DNA of 64,000 nucleotides from Rhizodiscina lignyota. Its lineage: Eukaryota. How positions within the stretch are numbered: the first letter of the stretch is position 1; every line of letters starts with the position of its first letter. This document shows, piece by piece, positions 38,261 through 50,296 of this stretch. The position numbers and the translations under genes are program-made. Where the stretch lies: NCBI GenBank assembly GCA_010015805.1, contig ML978121.1:3906001-3970000 (forward strand). The letters run 5' to 3'. The notes beneath the pieces were generated by a model. It had not been told where the DNA came from. It searched no databases and was given only the letters and a program-made list of their open reading frames with translations.

Positions 38261-39184
38261 GCACAGTTGAGTTCCAGTGGAGCGGACAAAGGGAGTCTTT
38301 CGCAAATGGTGGCGGCTCCCAGTGGCCCTAGAGTTACTGATACGATGACGAGTGTGGATCGAATTCAACGGAAAATGAAAGAAAATCTGTAAATATGCAA
38401 GGGGCTACGAGCTATGAATGCAGATGAGAAAACTTTGCCCACGAAGCTGTTACTACATCGTTTGTATCGCGAGGGGAAAACGATGCGTGCGGAAATCCAC
38501 GTGCAAACATGTCATCCCCCGTAGTTGAATCATTGGTGCGGTGCTAATCCTCGTTAAATGAGACTTTGGAAAGTCGGATAATGAATCGGTAAGACGCCTT
38601 GTGGCATTGATAACTACGGATGGAATCATAGGTCGGTATTTGTCGGACGGGATAAGGCATGGAGTACGATGATAAACCTATGCGGAATGTGTGCGGAATG
38701 TGTGCTCTATAGCAATTGAGGTATAATCGGCCCTTGATGATTAACACTAAATGAGGATGCATGGTACAGAGGGAGAGCTGGAGTTCCATCGTCGCAAGGT
38801 ATGGATACGCTATTCCCAATGCAGCCTAGTTATCCCCTACCTGAAAGGGAAATATCTCCCGTACGCCGCCGCCCAAAACGCTCCTCTCTCTCCACACACA
38901 GTGGATGATGTAGAGTTTTTCGCTGTTTGCAAAGACATTTCATTCTTCCGTCAAAGGGTTCTCTAGTTACCCCTTCAAATGGAGCGGAAGCCGTGTTGAT
39001 TACCGCTTGATACTTCCAAAATTCTCTGCCTGCAGCCGAACGTGTTACTCTACTCTGTAGTCTCTCTCTGCATCCTAATGCTTAATCCTTTCAACATTGA
39101 AATTGTTTCCCAAGCAAAACTAGTCTGTCTTATTTCCCCGCCATAGACAAATTCTCCCTGTCGGCCTGAAATTAGAAAAATATC

Positions 39185-40071
39185 ATGGCAAGCGTCGAGG
39201 ATGCCGGCGATGTTGATAAGGTAGAAGGCACGACGCTGCGTGAGGCAGCAACCACTCGAAATGCCTGTAGGATTCCATGAATTTGCATTCAAACATATTT
39301 CTACTCACAATATTTCCAGTCACGGAGCTCATGAAGCCAAAGCCGAAACCGGATAAGTCACGAACCCCCAATCAATTTCGCCATCCAGCAACAGACCTCA
39401 TGGATCTAGGCAACCCGAGGAATCACCTACTTCCATACATTCAGAAGCCAGAGTCTGCGGCACCGGCTGGAAGTGTGGTGTCATACAATGACGATTGGGT
39501 TTTGATCAAAGATCTCTATCCAAAATCATCAGTACACCTACTACTTCTTCCGCGCTCTCCCCAGCACTACGTTGCTCATCCTTTCGACGCTCTCCAAGAT
39601 CCCCAGTTTCTCTCTTCAGCAAAGGCGGAAGTGGAAAAGGCGAAGGATTTGATCGCTTCAGAACTTCGACGTCTCTACGGCTCATTCTCAGCTTCAGAAA
39701 GGCCGCGGCGAGACGCACTCGAAAGTGACGACCCACCCGATACGCTTCCTCCTGGACGAGATTGGCGGAGCGAAGTCATAGCTGGCATCCACACTCATCC
39801 GAGCATGAACCATATGCATGTACACATCATCTCAAGGGATCGCCATAGTCCCTGTCTTAAGCACAGAAAACATTACAACAGCTTCAACACTGATTTCTTT
39901 GTTCCGTTAGAGGCATTCCCGCTCTCACCGGAGGAGTGCCAGAGAAGGTGGGGTATGGAATGGCACAAGATGGATATGGGGTGCTGGAGGTGCGGCAAGA
40001 ACTTTGGGAATAGATTTCAGCGCCTCAAAGACCATTTGGAAGAAGAGTTTATGGACTGGAGAAAGGAATGA
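39185..40071 (+). CDS. HNT3: Aprataxin-like HIT/zf-C2HE DNA deadenylase
   Basis: Exon 39185-39266, intron 39267-39319, exon 39320-40071 (RNAF|TELM junction). Motifs DLYPKSSVHLLLLPR, HPSMNHMHVH, KHYNSF, CWRC..HLEEE. Confidence 0.93.
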
Positions 40072-40520
40072 TTGAGAGTTGATCAAAGGTCTTCTGTATA
40101 AATAGACTTCTTTCCAAGGGCTCTGTAGAAAAGAAGGCAGCTTAACCTGACATACAACTTGAATTATCGACGTAATCGCAGCAGCTTTCGCAATAATGCG
40201 TAGCTAAGAGGTTGCTTCTCTGGTAAGCTTTGTGAACACTGTAACTCCTGAACTGTCCAAAACTCATACGTTTGAGCACAACGGGGGCCAGCTTAATCGC
40301 ACCTCTACACTGGAACGAGTCTAGCTTTTTCTATTAGCTAAACTTACTTGTATTTGCGTCTACGTTGCAAAATTTGAAGAGAGAAGAAAGGTCGGGCCTC
40401 GGGAAACTTTTTTCGCCGCCATCTGAACGTCATGAAGGACGATCACCGTCTCGGGATTCAACTCTGCTCACATGCACAAAATGGAACACCTCTTCGCGGC
40501 CTAGATCAAAGACATAGCCC

Positions 40521-41733
40521 ATGAGCCTTCAATTGGTACGTAGGAAGGCTCAAGATGGCGTTCATCGAGCCTTCGCGCTCGCAAAGTCGAAACGCTTTGC
40601 CTCCACGACATCCGCGTCTCCCACGACGGAGGAGGTCCAACGAGCGCGCGCATACTGCATGAACTTGCTTCGGTATTCTTTCATCTCTCGCTCGAACCAG
40701 CCGCAATTTATTGACTTTTTTCAGTGCGTACGATTCTCCCTCGTACACCTTACAAACCTTCATACCGCCCTATGCGCGCGACGCGTACCTCGCCATCCGC
40801 GCCTTCAATGTCGACGTCGCCCGCGTCGCAGATGCTACCTCCAATCCCACCGTCGGTTCCATGCGCATGCAATTCTGGCGCGATGCCGTCACCAAGTCGT
40901 TAGCCGGATCACCTCCCAAAGAACCCGTCGCCGTCCTCCTCTCCGCTGCAAACGAAAGCCTCCAGCAACGAACGGACGGCAAGAACAAGCTGAGCAAGGC
41001 ATGGCTTCACAAAGTGATTGGAGCGCGCGAACAGTATCTTGTCAATCCACAGTACGCCGACATGGACGCGTTGGAAGCGTACGCGGAGAATACATACTCG
41101 ACGCTGCTCTATCTGACGTTGCAAGCGCTGCCAATGCAGTCGATAACGGCGGATCATGTCGCATCGCACATTGGCAAAGCTACTGGTATCGCTACTGTTC
41201 TTCGCGGTCTGCCGCTCATTGCGTTCCCGCCGCCGCCGAATAAGCATTCAAATCAGAGCGGCTTTGGAAGCTCTCTCGGTGGAGGCATCGGACGTCAGGG
41301 TGCTGTCACATTACCTCTTGATGTCATGGCATCTGCAGGAGTGCGGGAAGAAGATGTATTCCGACAGGGAGCAACTGCTCCTGGGTTAAAAGACGCCGTC
41401 TTCTCCGTCGCTACCAGGGCGAATGACCATTTAATTACGGCGCGCGAAATGCTGAAGAATCTACGGGCAGGTCAAGACGTTGGACATGACTTCGAGCATA
41501 CAGGTGACGAGGGCCACGAGTATGAGATGGATCATATGGGTGATATGAAGGCCGAGAGACAGTTACATGACGTCGACCGCTCGTTCGGAGTGCTGCTCCA
41601 GGCCGTGCCTGCAGCCCTGTGGCTACAGCGCTTGGAGAAGGTGGACTTTGACATTTTTGACGCACAATTGAGGCGTACGGACTGGAAGCTGCCGTGGAAT
41701 GCTTTTTGGGCGTTTCGAAGACGAAAAATATAA
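40521..41733 (+). CDS. NDUFAF6: Complex I assembly factor NDUFAF6 (squalene/phytoene synthase-like fold)
   Basis: Mitochondrial-type presequence; intron 40673-40724. Motifs YCMNLLRAYD, AIRAFNVDVA, MRMQFWRDAV, YAENTYSTLLYL, HIGKATGI..LRGLP, LEKVDFDIF. Confidence 0.9.
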
Positions 41734-42179
41734 CCAATCGAACTATTTTTGCGACTTTGCCGAATGTTCTCCAACCGTGCGCTTGCTATTGGTACAATGA
41801 CTGTCTTAACCTTCTGGGGCGAGTTCAGCCTTGTTCATCAGGCATATCTTTGAAGCGGAGACCAAGTGAGGAACCTATCTCCGATCGTTATTCTGATTCA
41901 TTGCAGTGCGGACGTAGGTGTTTTCCCCTTATTTACTAAATTTGTCCGTCATTGCAAGTGTCGTTGAGTGGCCTTCACATGAGAGGGAAAACAACGTTTA
42001 AATATCTCCAACTCCTTCTCTAATTACAAGCCATTCCTATTCCCGAATACTCCCTCTCAGTTCCCAGACCTGATCTCATCAACTCTTGCACTTCATCTAG
42101 GGTGTGAGGGAGTCGTTTGCCCGCGCACATTGCTCCCATCGATAAAACTACTACTCATCATCAATATCAATTCTCCACA

Positions 42180-42582
42180 ATGAAACTCAACGTCAAGATT
42201 CTCACCTATTTCGTCATCCGCCTGGGAGCAGTGGTCGCGGCATCAGAATCGGAGAGTAGTTCGGTTGACTCTTTGGCGGAAGCGCCTCCCGCGCCTCATA
42301 CTGAGGCTCACAATGAGCATTCGCTAGACCCGGAAGACTTGCTTGATTCTCTCCATGTGTCTTGGGAGGAATGGGCAGAACACGAACTCCCAAAGTGAGT
42401 ACTCTCTCAACATGACATTGACGTCGGGGGTGAAGCTGATGAATGCGCGCTCTGAGGAAAAGTTCGAGGGAGTCGAACTGGTACGCATGCTGAAGCAGGT
42501 ATACTCGGCTGCAGCGCGCTACGTCGCAGAGGAGGCAATATGCCTCGCGAAAGTCGCTGACGGAGACACTCAAGAACTTTAA
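42180..42582 (+). pseudogene. Possible small secreted acidic protein, truncated or frameshifted
   Basis: ACAATG start, MKLNVKILTYFVIRLGAVVAAS leader (imperfect signal peptide), acidic/His-rich body, stop at 42398. Protein-like text continues in the +1 frame; a GTGAGT donor lies at 42395. Confidence 0.3.
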
Positions 42583-43451
42583 AGAATTCGCATCTGTAGC
42601 ATATTCGGCTGCTCGCCCTCCAGGGTGATAGAAAAGTCGACCGTAGCTTTCGAGATACTGGACATTTGGGGTGTAAAGGCTCTGTATCTAGTACATGCTA
42701 CAAGTTTCACATAGTGTTGTTACAATCGCATTCTCTCTAAAGAACGTATAACTAAGCTTTCAGATATGCTCTCACTCACCTTGAGATGCAAGAACCGCTT
42801 GCTCTTAAGCGTGACAGCTTGCCCAGCAGCCGAATCGCATACACTATAAAGAATGTATAATTAAACTTTCGGAGACAGTCGGACTAGCCTTTCAATGCCC
42901 TTCGGAGAGACCACCTTGCACCTGTGTCCGTCGGGGCGGCCGGCTGTGTATAATCAAACTAACGCTTTGCCTCTATGCGCAAGCTCGATGCTAAGCAAAA
43001 GTGTTGAATTAAGGCAAAGCTTGATCTACATGTGCAAGCAGCAGCTTGAGCTCCTGCATATAATCACATAGAAGTTTGATTTTCATCAGGATGCCGGAGG
43101 GAATTGAATTGAGGTGAAATTCAATTCATGTGTGCAGATTGCAAGGGCAAGGAGGGTACACAACACTCTCTCGGGTTTGCCTCAAGCGTGGGAAAGTTGC
43201 GTGATCGTTGTGAGGCACCAGATGTTAGGAGGTCTTAGCTTTTGCTACAAACTGTATCTGTTGAAGAGAGCCATTATTCATTAATATGGTTTGTATTTGT
43301 GAGAGACTTCGTTGTATCTAAATCCCTCGTACCAAAGCCACTCCGTAAGACAGCCGTTCATCAACCTATTCCAGCATATATCCCACCCCAAATCAAACTC
43401 CGGAAAATAGAAAACCTCGTCAATCTTCATAGGTGCGCCGTGAAAGAACCT

Positions 43452-44800
43452 CTATGTCCACGTCGTCACCGTCTTCAGCCCCGTCTCGCCAATATTCTTC
43501 TTCACATCCTCCGCGCTGTAGCTGTACATCCACTGCGCGCCACCCGTCTCGCCGCTCATCTTGAGCGCCGTCCAGAGGACCCACTCCTTCGCCGCTTGCT
43601 CAAGATAATGCGGGCTACTCTTGCGCAAGTTGCCGTTCTTCGTGGTGAAGTCGACAACTTGATGCAAGCGCGGCATGCGGTGCTTCTCCCACGCCTCGAG
43701 CAGCTGCGGCAAGTACTGGCGCTGAAAGTCCGGGAAGTAAGAGTGCGCCAGCGTGTAAGCGAGCGTCGATGCGTCTTCGAGTGCCATTGCCGCACCTTGA
43801 CCGCCGGTGGGCGGGATCGCGTGGGCGGAGTCACCAATCACGATGACGCGCGCCTTCGGCGAAGAGAACTTTTCCATGTGCGGGACAGAGTAGAATGGCC
43901 AGGAGGTAAGCGTGTCCTTGGGCGTCTTCTCGCACAGAGCGCGCACCATCTCCGGCCACGTACTGCCATTGTACGTGAAGCGGTCCGCGAGGAGCTGCGC
44001 CATCTCGTCCTTGTCAGTCTCGAGCTTGGCCCAGCCGTCGCGGCCGCGGTCCTGCTGCTCGATGGTGGCGAAGTAGCCGATCTCCTTGCCGTCGAAGCTG
44101 GATGGCATAATGGCGAAGGAGCCCTTCTCGCCGAACAGCATGGCCGGCAGCTGCAAGCCGTGGTCGATGTCCCTGAGCTCCGATGCGTCGACTTGGGCCA
44201 TGATGCCCATCAGGCCGGAGAATTCGGGTTCGCATGGGTGGATGAATTGCCGGACATGGCTGTGGATACCATCAGCGCCAACAACAAAGTCCGCGGTGAC
44301 TTTTTCGCCATCTGCGAATTCGACGGTCGCGCTGTTGTCGTCTTCGCCGACGACTTTGGTGCACTTCTTCTCGTAGTACATCGGAATTCCCACTTCCTCG
44401 ACCTTTTTCCTCAGCGCTTCGCGCACGATTGTGCGGTGAATACGGAGGGCTGGATAGTGATACTCCTTGATGCTGCCGTTGAGAAACTTGCCCAGCGTGT
44501 GTCCATTGCCAGATGTGAAAGCCAGCTCCTGGTAGTTGAAGCCGGATGAACGGATCTCATCGTAGAGGCCGATGCTGTCCATGACGCGGAGGGCGTTTGG
44601 AGCGAGCGCAATGTTGCCGCCATGTTCCCAATCCTTTGAGCGCACTTCATAGATAGCAGAGGAGATTTTGTGCTTCTTGAGAGACAGTGCTAGCACAGGG
44701 CCCTTAAGATGTCAGTGAGCGTAATCTCAAATCAGGGTGAATCTCAGTGCATCCATCAACATACAGCAAAGCCACCACCAATGATTACGACCTGCACCAT
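43452..44800 (-). CDS. FAD-dependent monooxygenase (group A flavoprotein, salicylate hydroxylase-like)
   Basis: Exon 44800-44765 (MVQVVIIGGGFA), intron 44764-44703, exon 44702-43452. GxGxxG, GADGIHS, GDSAHAIPPTGGQGA. Confidence 0.93.
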
Positions 44801-45861
44801 TCTGCAAGATGTAGCTGTATGTAAGCTGCAAGTTCCACGAGGTTCTTTGTCTTCGTTGGAGGCGAGAGGATTCTTTTGTTTCGAAGGTGGTGGTAAGAAA
44901 TTCGGGACCCGAAACTTATGACGTGCAAGCGAGCAAGTGATGGAAGGAGCAGAGGATGGGTTGAGGAAACCGCGGAGATATCTTGATCTAGGAGAGTGTG
45001 ATAAGGCCGCTTTTCTCCATTTGCTTCACTTTATCCGTTGCTGTCCTTTGTGCTTTGCAAGTGGGTCACACGTAACATCTACCCTTTTTATCCTCCTACA
45101 TCACTTGCCTGTAACACAGCAATGAAGTCATCCTGGCCACCTATCATTCTGCCGTGTTCTCGGGGCATGCGCACTCGCGATTGGCATGCTGTGCCGCAAT
45201 CCTACAGAAGCTGCGAAAGAGCAAGAGGAATGCAGCTTTGTTGGAGTCGGGCGCGAACACGCCGTGTCGTCGCCACGAGGCGGCGAGCGCTGAACGCGAA
45301 GCCGCGATTGGTTCGTTTTCGCTCTCCAATCTGCCCGTACCTGAAGATCGTGAAATCAGAGTGCAGGCCTGGAGATGCCCAATTGGCCCAGTGTTCGCTC
45401 GTGGGGCGTTGCGCGTCCTCCGATAACGAAGACGAGCTCGTCGCGATCGCTGACATGGACCGAGGGTTAGGGTTTAGGATATTCCCACTTTATACGGAGT
45501 ATGGAGTAGCCTTATTTAACATCCTATCCTTCTATCAACCTCGATGCCCGTGTGACTATGATTAGAGGACGCAATAGTTTAGATGAGGTCAGGAAATTCT
45601 GTTCTCAAATAACACATGATATTCTGTAGCTTGATGGCAACCATGGTCGTACAGCAAACGGAGATTCAGCCACATTCCACTGGCGGACAACAAACATTTG
45701 TCTCATTTATCTTCGAGCCAGATCGTTATTATCGTTTCACTTCAACAAACTCCTATGTGCCATCATCTGTTTATTTGGGCCTTTACCGTACCGCCATTTC
45801 AGCGCAGTTGACTCTACTTCATACAGTGTACCCTTGCTATAACTTATCCCCTGAACTCAGT

Positions 45862-46800
45862 ATGAGAGGCATCAGGACAGAGATTATCAACACGACGGAA
45901 CAAATCAGTGTTTTGGTTGATTGGCTTGTCTTACGCCATGCATCGTCAGACTTATACTTACCAACCATGTACATCGATCTCGAAGGCGTAGACCTCTGCC
46001 GTGAGGGCTCAATTTCTATTCTCACCCTTCTAATCGATACGGGAATCTCAACCATAGGCGTCTACCTCATCGATGTGCATTTGTTAGGTGCACGAGCGTT
46101 CAACACCAGCGGCGTCAAACGGAAAACTATGAAGGATATCCTCGAGGACGAAAAGATCCCGAAGGTCTTCTTCGACGTTCGCAACGATTCAGATGCCTTA
46201 TTTGCACACTTCAGCGTGGCGTTACAGGGGGTGGAGGATGTTCAGCTTATGGAGAGTGCTACGCGGAAGACCACAGCATCCAGGAAGTTCTTGAGCGGCC
46301 TAGCCAAGTGTGTTGAGAAAAGTGTATTGCTGGAGCTGGGTGGCAATACCCGAGCGAGCTGGAAACTGGCGAAGGAGAAAGGGGAGCGGTTGTTCAAGCC
46401 TGAACTTGGCGGTTCATATGAGATTTTCAACCAACGTCCGATCCCCGAGGACATTATTTCTTACTGTGCTGGTGATGTCCAGTGCCTACCTGGGTTGCGG
46501 GAGAAGTTCGGGAGGGGGGCCAATAGATGGCAAGCTCTCGTCAATGAAGAGACCAAGAAGCGCGTCGTGGCATCTCAGAAACCGGGGTACCAGCCCCACG
46601 GCCCAAATAGGGCGATGGCTCCGTGGAGCGATCATCAGAATATGACTTTGGATCAGTGGAATTCTGTTCCTCCTCGCAATTACTTCGATGGAGACTGGGA
46701 CGGCCAAGATTGGGACGACGACCAAGATTGGGACGATGGCCGGGATGACAACTCTTATGAAGATTGGACGAGGGCGCCCTGGCAAGGGCCTCCGTCCTGA
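45862..46800 (+). CDS. DEDDy 3'-5' exonuclease (EXD1/Egalitarian/WRN-exo-like)
   Basis: ExoI YIDLEG, ExoII KVFFDVRNDSDAL, DVQLME, ExoIII YCAGDV. In-frame upstream ATGs back to 45616 make the start uncertain. Confidence 0.88.
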   Translation: MRGIRTEIINTTEQISVLVDWLVLRHASSDLYLPTMYIDLEGVDLCREGSISILTLLIDTGISTIGVYLIDVHLLGARAFNTSGVKRKTMKDILEDEKIPKVFFDVRNDSDALFAHFSVALQGVEDVQLMESATRKTTASRKFLSGLAKCVEKSVLLELGGNTRASWKLAKEKGERLFKPELGGSYEIFNQRPIPEDIISYCAGDVQCLPGLREKFGRGANRWQALVNEETKKRVVASQKPGYQPHGPNRAMAPWSDHQNMTLDQWNSVPPRNYFDGDWDGQDWDDDQDWDDGRDDNSYEDWTRAPWQGPPS

Positions 46801-47168
46801 TTAAAGGCGGGCCTAGGAAGATTCTCGAGGTAGAGGGCTTGAGAACCGATGCGAATCTGCTTGGGTGCTTAGATACTATTCATTATTAATGCACTGAGCT
46901 TGCACCCGCAGCTTCAGAATCCGAGGTTCGCCAATATGGCGTCTTTCATCCAGGTCCATAGAGGTGTGATTTTCTTGAATATTTACACATCCGGAAGGAT
47001 AAGTTGGATATCTTACACGTGAGACTGAAGGCCGCAGTGCCTTCCATCCACATTGAACTACCGGAGAGAATATACTCTTCGGGTAGCCAGAGTCCACAGT
47101 CGAGGCCCGGCTGGTTGAAGATAGAGCTCGCGAATCTTACACTCGTATCGGACACAAACCGTCTCGTC

Positions 47169-48268
47169 TCAATCACTAGTGTCCAGTCTCCCTTTCCAGT
47201 CCTTGATATGACCCGTGATAATCTTCGCGGCATCCTCAGCCGAATGCGTCCGGCCCAGTGCTTCAACAAAATCTCCTTCCGGATCTACAAGCACGTTAGC
47301 CCATCTCCCTGACTCTTGCCACTCCAGATGAAATCCAACCTACCCATCAAATAAAAGTATATCGAGTGGTCCACCAGGTAGTCCTGCCCCGGTTTCACAT
47401 GCGGCGGTGTGCTAAAGTACACGCGATATACTTTGCAGGTATTTTTAATCTCATCGTATTCGCCTGTAAGACCTATGAAGTCTTTATGAAACTCTTTCAG
47501 GTATTCCTTCACAACCTCCGGAGTGTCTCGCGCAGGGTCGCAGGATATGAAGATGGGCCGTAGCACATTGTAACCCGTCTCCTCGAGTACGGCGTCGTAC
47601 ATGTCGGCCATCTTGTCGAGCTCCTCAGGGCAGATGTCGGGGCAGTGGGTGAAGCCGAAGTATACCTATTCCGCAACAGCCGCAAGTCAGCCCATGTCAT
47701 TCAGTCCTCGGGGACTCTCTTCCATATTCATAAGGGTGTATTCTATGCCCAATGGCAAATAGAGGTTCCTGTAAAGAAGCATACGTACCAACGCGTATTT
47801 GCCCTTCATATCCTCGCTCGTGAACCTCTTGCCATTCTGATCCACCAAATCAAACGGGCCGCCAACCTTTGGCCTCCCAATGCCCTTTGTCTGATCTGCG
47901 ATCCTCTTCCTCTCCAACCGCGCCTTCTCTTCGCGGAAATATATCGTCAGGCCTACGCCGGCGATGATTAGAATGACCGCGGCCTTCCATGAGAACGGAC
48001 CGGAGTGGTAGCGCGACTTTGCCTCTTGGACCGTCTTGTAGTAGCATTTTGGGCTACTTGAGAAGTTTCTAGCTTGTAGGAGGTGCGGTTGATTCGTTCG
48101 GATTGCTGCTGGTCGATTCGTACTACATCGCACATGGTCTGGTGCTGTCCGCAACGTCCGCACGATGTTCGCCCGGCAGAAAGGTTGTCTCGCTCGAGTC
48201 GATGATTCGCGAGTTGCAGCTCTCAAGGCTTGCAATAAGCTAGAGCTACAAGGTTGTATTCGTCTCAT
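47169..48268 (-). CDS. SCO1: Cytochrome c oxidase copper chaperone Sco1
   Basis: Exons 48268-47789, 47665-47344, 47284-47169. Presequence, single TM, GRPKVGGPFDL, YFGFTHCPDICPEEL, YLVDHSIYFYLMDPEG. Confidence 0.97.
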
Positions 48269-48539
48269 TGTTGTGAAGGTGCACTGGAGGTCAGAAGCAT
48301 GTCAATTGGAGCTTTCAACTTTTCCATGGAGCACGGGCCACAATTTCCACTCTTGGTGCTGGGTGAGTGATTTTTCATCTCCAAAGCATTTTCTCTTCCG
48401 GATTAGACATTATCATGGTTTGTGATCAATTATATTACGCTAAGTATATTTGGCGTTCAGGCTCTACTCCTTACCCTCTTCTGTCTCATTCAATTCGTTG
48501 TCTCTCATCTGCGCTACCTCAATTACACATCATCCTATC

Positions 48540-49626
48540 TCACTCCTCCTTTGGCACTAAAACGCCCTACGTAACCGTCAAAAACAGCTCAAAAGCTACC
48601 ATCACTTAAAACGACTCACCCTCATTACAGCCTCTGCATTCTTCCTCATCTTCTTCGTAGCCTCTTCGCCCAGCCACAGCGACTGCGTCTTGTACAACCC
48701 GTCCTCAAACTCCCAGCCCTCGCTGCTCTCGACATACATCGCCTTGCCATTCATGCTCGTGGTGGTCACCAGTCCGACAATGATTTTTGCCACAGCTTCG
48801 GCCGGCTGCCAGCAGAGGTCATTCTCCTTGAACGTATTGATGATCCTAGTTGTCATGGGCGTGTCGGTCACGCCGGGGCAAACGGCGTTTACGCGGATCC
48901 CATCGCGCTCATATAGCGTTTTACGCGAGGAGCGGAGTAGCCCTTGAATCGCGTGTTTTGAGGTCTGTGGGATGTTAATGAGACGAGATGGGTTCTGCTT
49001 CCTTCTGACAGAGAAAGGAGGAGTAGCGTATATCAGAGGGCAAATCCGTACCTGATACAAGAACAACCCAGGACTCTCCCTAAATGCATTAACGCTCGAA
49101 AGCAACGTCAGACTCCTATTTTCCTCGCCCTTCTTAATACCATCGCGCAGGAATACCGCCGCGATACGTGCAAAGTGCAACACGCCCATGACATTAATGT
49201 CAATAACCTTCGTGTTGCCGGAGTCATTCTTGACACTTTCAATGGTCAAGTCCGGATCGAACCAGTTACCCTGCTCTATAATACCGGCACATGGAATGGC
49301 GTGATGCACGACGCCATGCTTATCATGTGCCGTGCGGAAGAGCTCATAGATATTATCGTACTTAGTGACATCGCAGTGGACAAATGTCACTCCGTCCACT
49401 TGCTGCGCTAGCTCTTGTCCTGATGCTGTGTTGATGTCGCCTACGACGACTTTCGCTCCGCTCTGGGCTAGGATCTTGACTGTGGCGGCTCCGATGCCAG
49501 TTGCACCGCCTGTTGTTAGGTCAGCTATATACTCACTATCCACATTTAGTTGTTCAGACCTGCGATGACGGCTACCTGGCCCTTGAGGCTCGAGAACGAG
49601 CTTTCGTCTGGTTTAAATTGTGCCAT
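48540..49626 (-). CDS. Short-chain dehydrogenase/reductase
   Basis: Exons 49626-49560, 49509-49052, 48964-48620, 48566-48540 (last exon inferred). GGATGIG, CDVT, CAGI, YQ|TSK catalytic motif, RVNAVCPG. Confidence 0.9.
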
Positions 49627-50296
49627 TTGAGCGGGAGGTTCTAGATTGGGAAAGTTGAGGATTGCAGCGGAGCTTGGATAAGTCGGATGAAAAGGTGGGG
49701 GAATCGTCATCGCCAACTTCATGAATTCATGCAGCTCTACCGTACGTGCAAAATCTAATTTTGACTATCTCGGCAGTTCATGTCTCAAATCTCCCAAGCT
49801 TAATTCGATTATCTAACGCTGTCGAGTTTCGCGGTCTCCTGTGAACTCTATACTGCTCACGCTTAACCTTTACGATTTCGTCTCCCCGACCCCTGTGCAA
49901 GCAATACTTGAATTCCACATCTGTATATCAAAAAAAGTCACGCCTCCATTTCATCTATGTCACAGTCTCTGCAGTTCGCTCAGCACCAGGAGTAGTCTGA
50001 GGGTTATGGAACGGAGTACCAGAACAAATTCGTTCGAGTTATAGACCCGGTTCCACACGTGCGCTTCCGACTCTTCGGTATCAATTTCATTGATGCTCGT
50101 CTATCCGTACACTTCAAACCTTCGGGGGTTTTGTACGAATAGCATCAATGCTCATCCATACCCAAGTCTCATGCTTTCTAAGCTTCTATACTAATCGAAT
50201 AGATGCACGTCAATACGAAAACTCTACGCTTCGATGCTTCTAAATGAATTGAGCGGGCGATTAGCACCGCGTCTATCGTCTAGCCGCTGCCCCTAT

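Noticed and set aside
38681..38705. 11-bp tandem duplication TGCGGAATGTG x2
   Set aside because: Simple slippage-type duplication with no other supporting structure.
43242..44549. 435-aa + strand ORF
   Set aside because: Antisense shadow of the GC3-rich FAD monooxygenase; no recognisable motifs.
40521..44800. Terpene/carotenoid cluster (phytoene-synthase fold plus monooxygenase)
   Set aside because: The protein lacks DDxxD motifs, has a mitochondrial presequence and matches NDUFAF6. The window has no biosynthetic core gene.
45400..45500. AACCCTAACCCT on the - strand as a telomerase RNA template
   Set aside because: Only ~650 nt remain before the monooxygenase ATG on that strand, whereas filamentous-fungal TERs are roughly 2 kb. 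I could not see a pseudoknot, CR4/5 or Sm site.
45620..45655. GTACGACCAT on the - strand resembling a 5S rRNA 5' end
   Set aside because: Similarity ends after ~10 nt; no internal control boxes or 3' stem.
7888..48268. Respiration cluster (HEM3, NDUFAF6, SCO1)
   Set aside because: The genes are scattered among unrelated housekeeping genes; compatible with chance.
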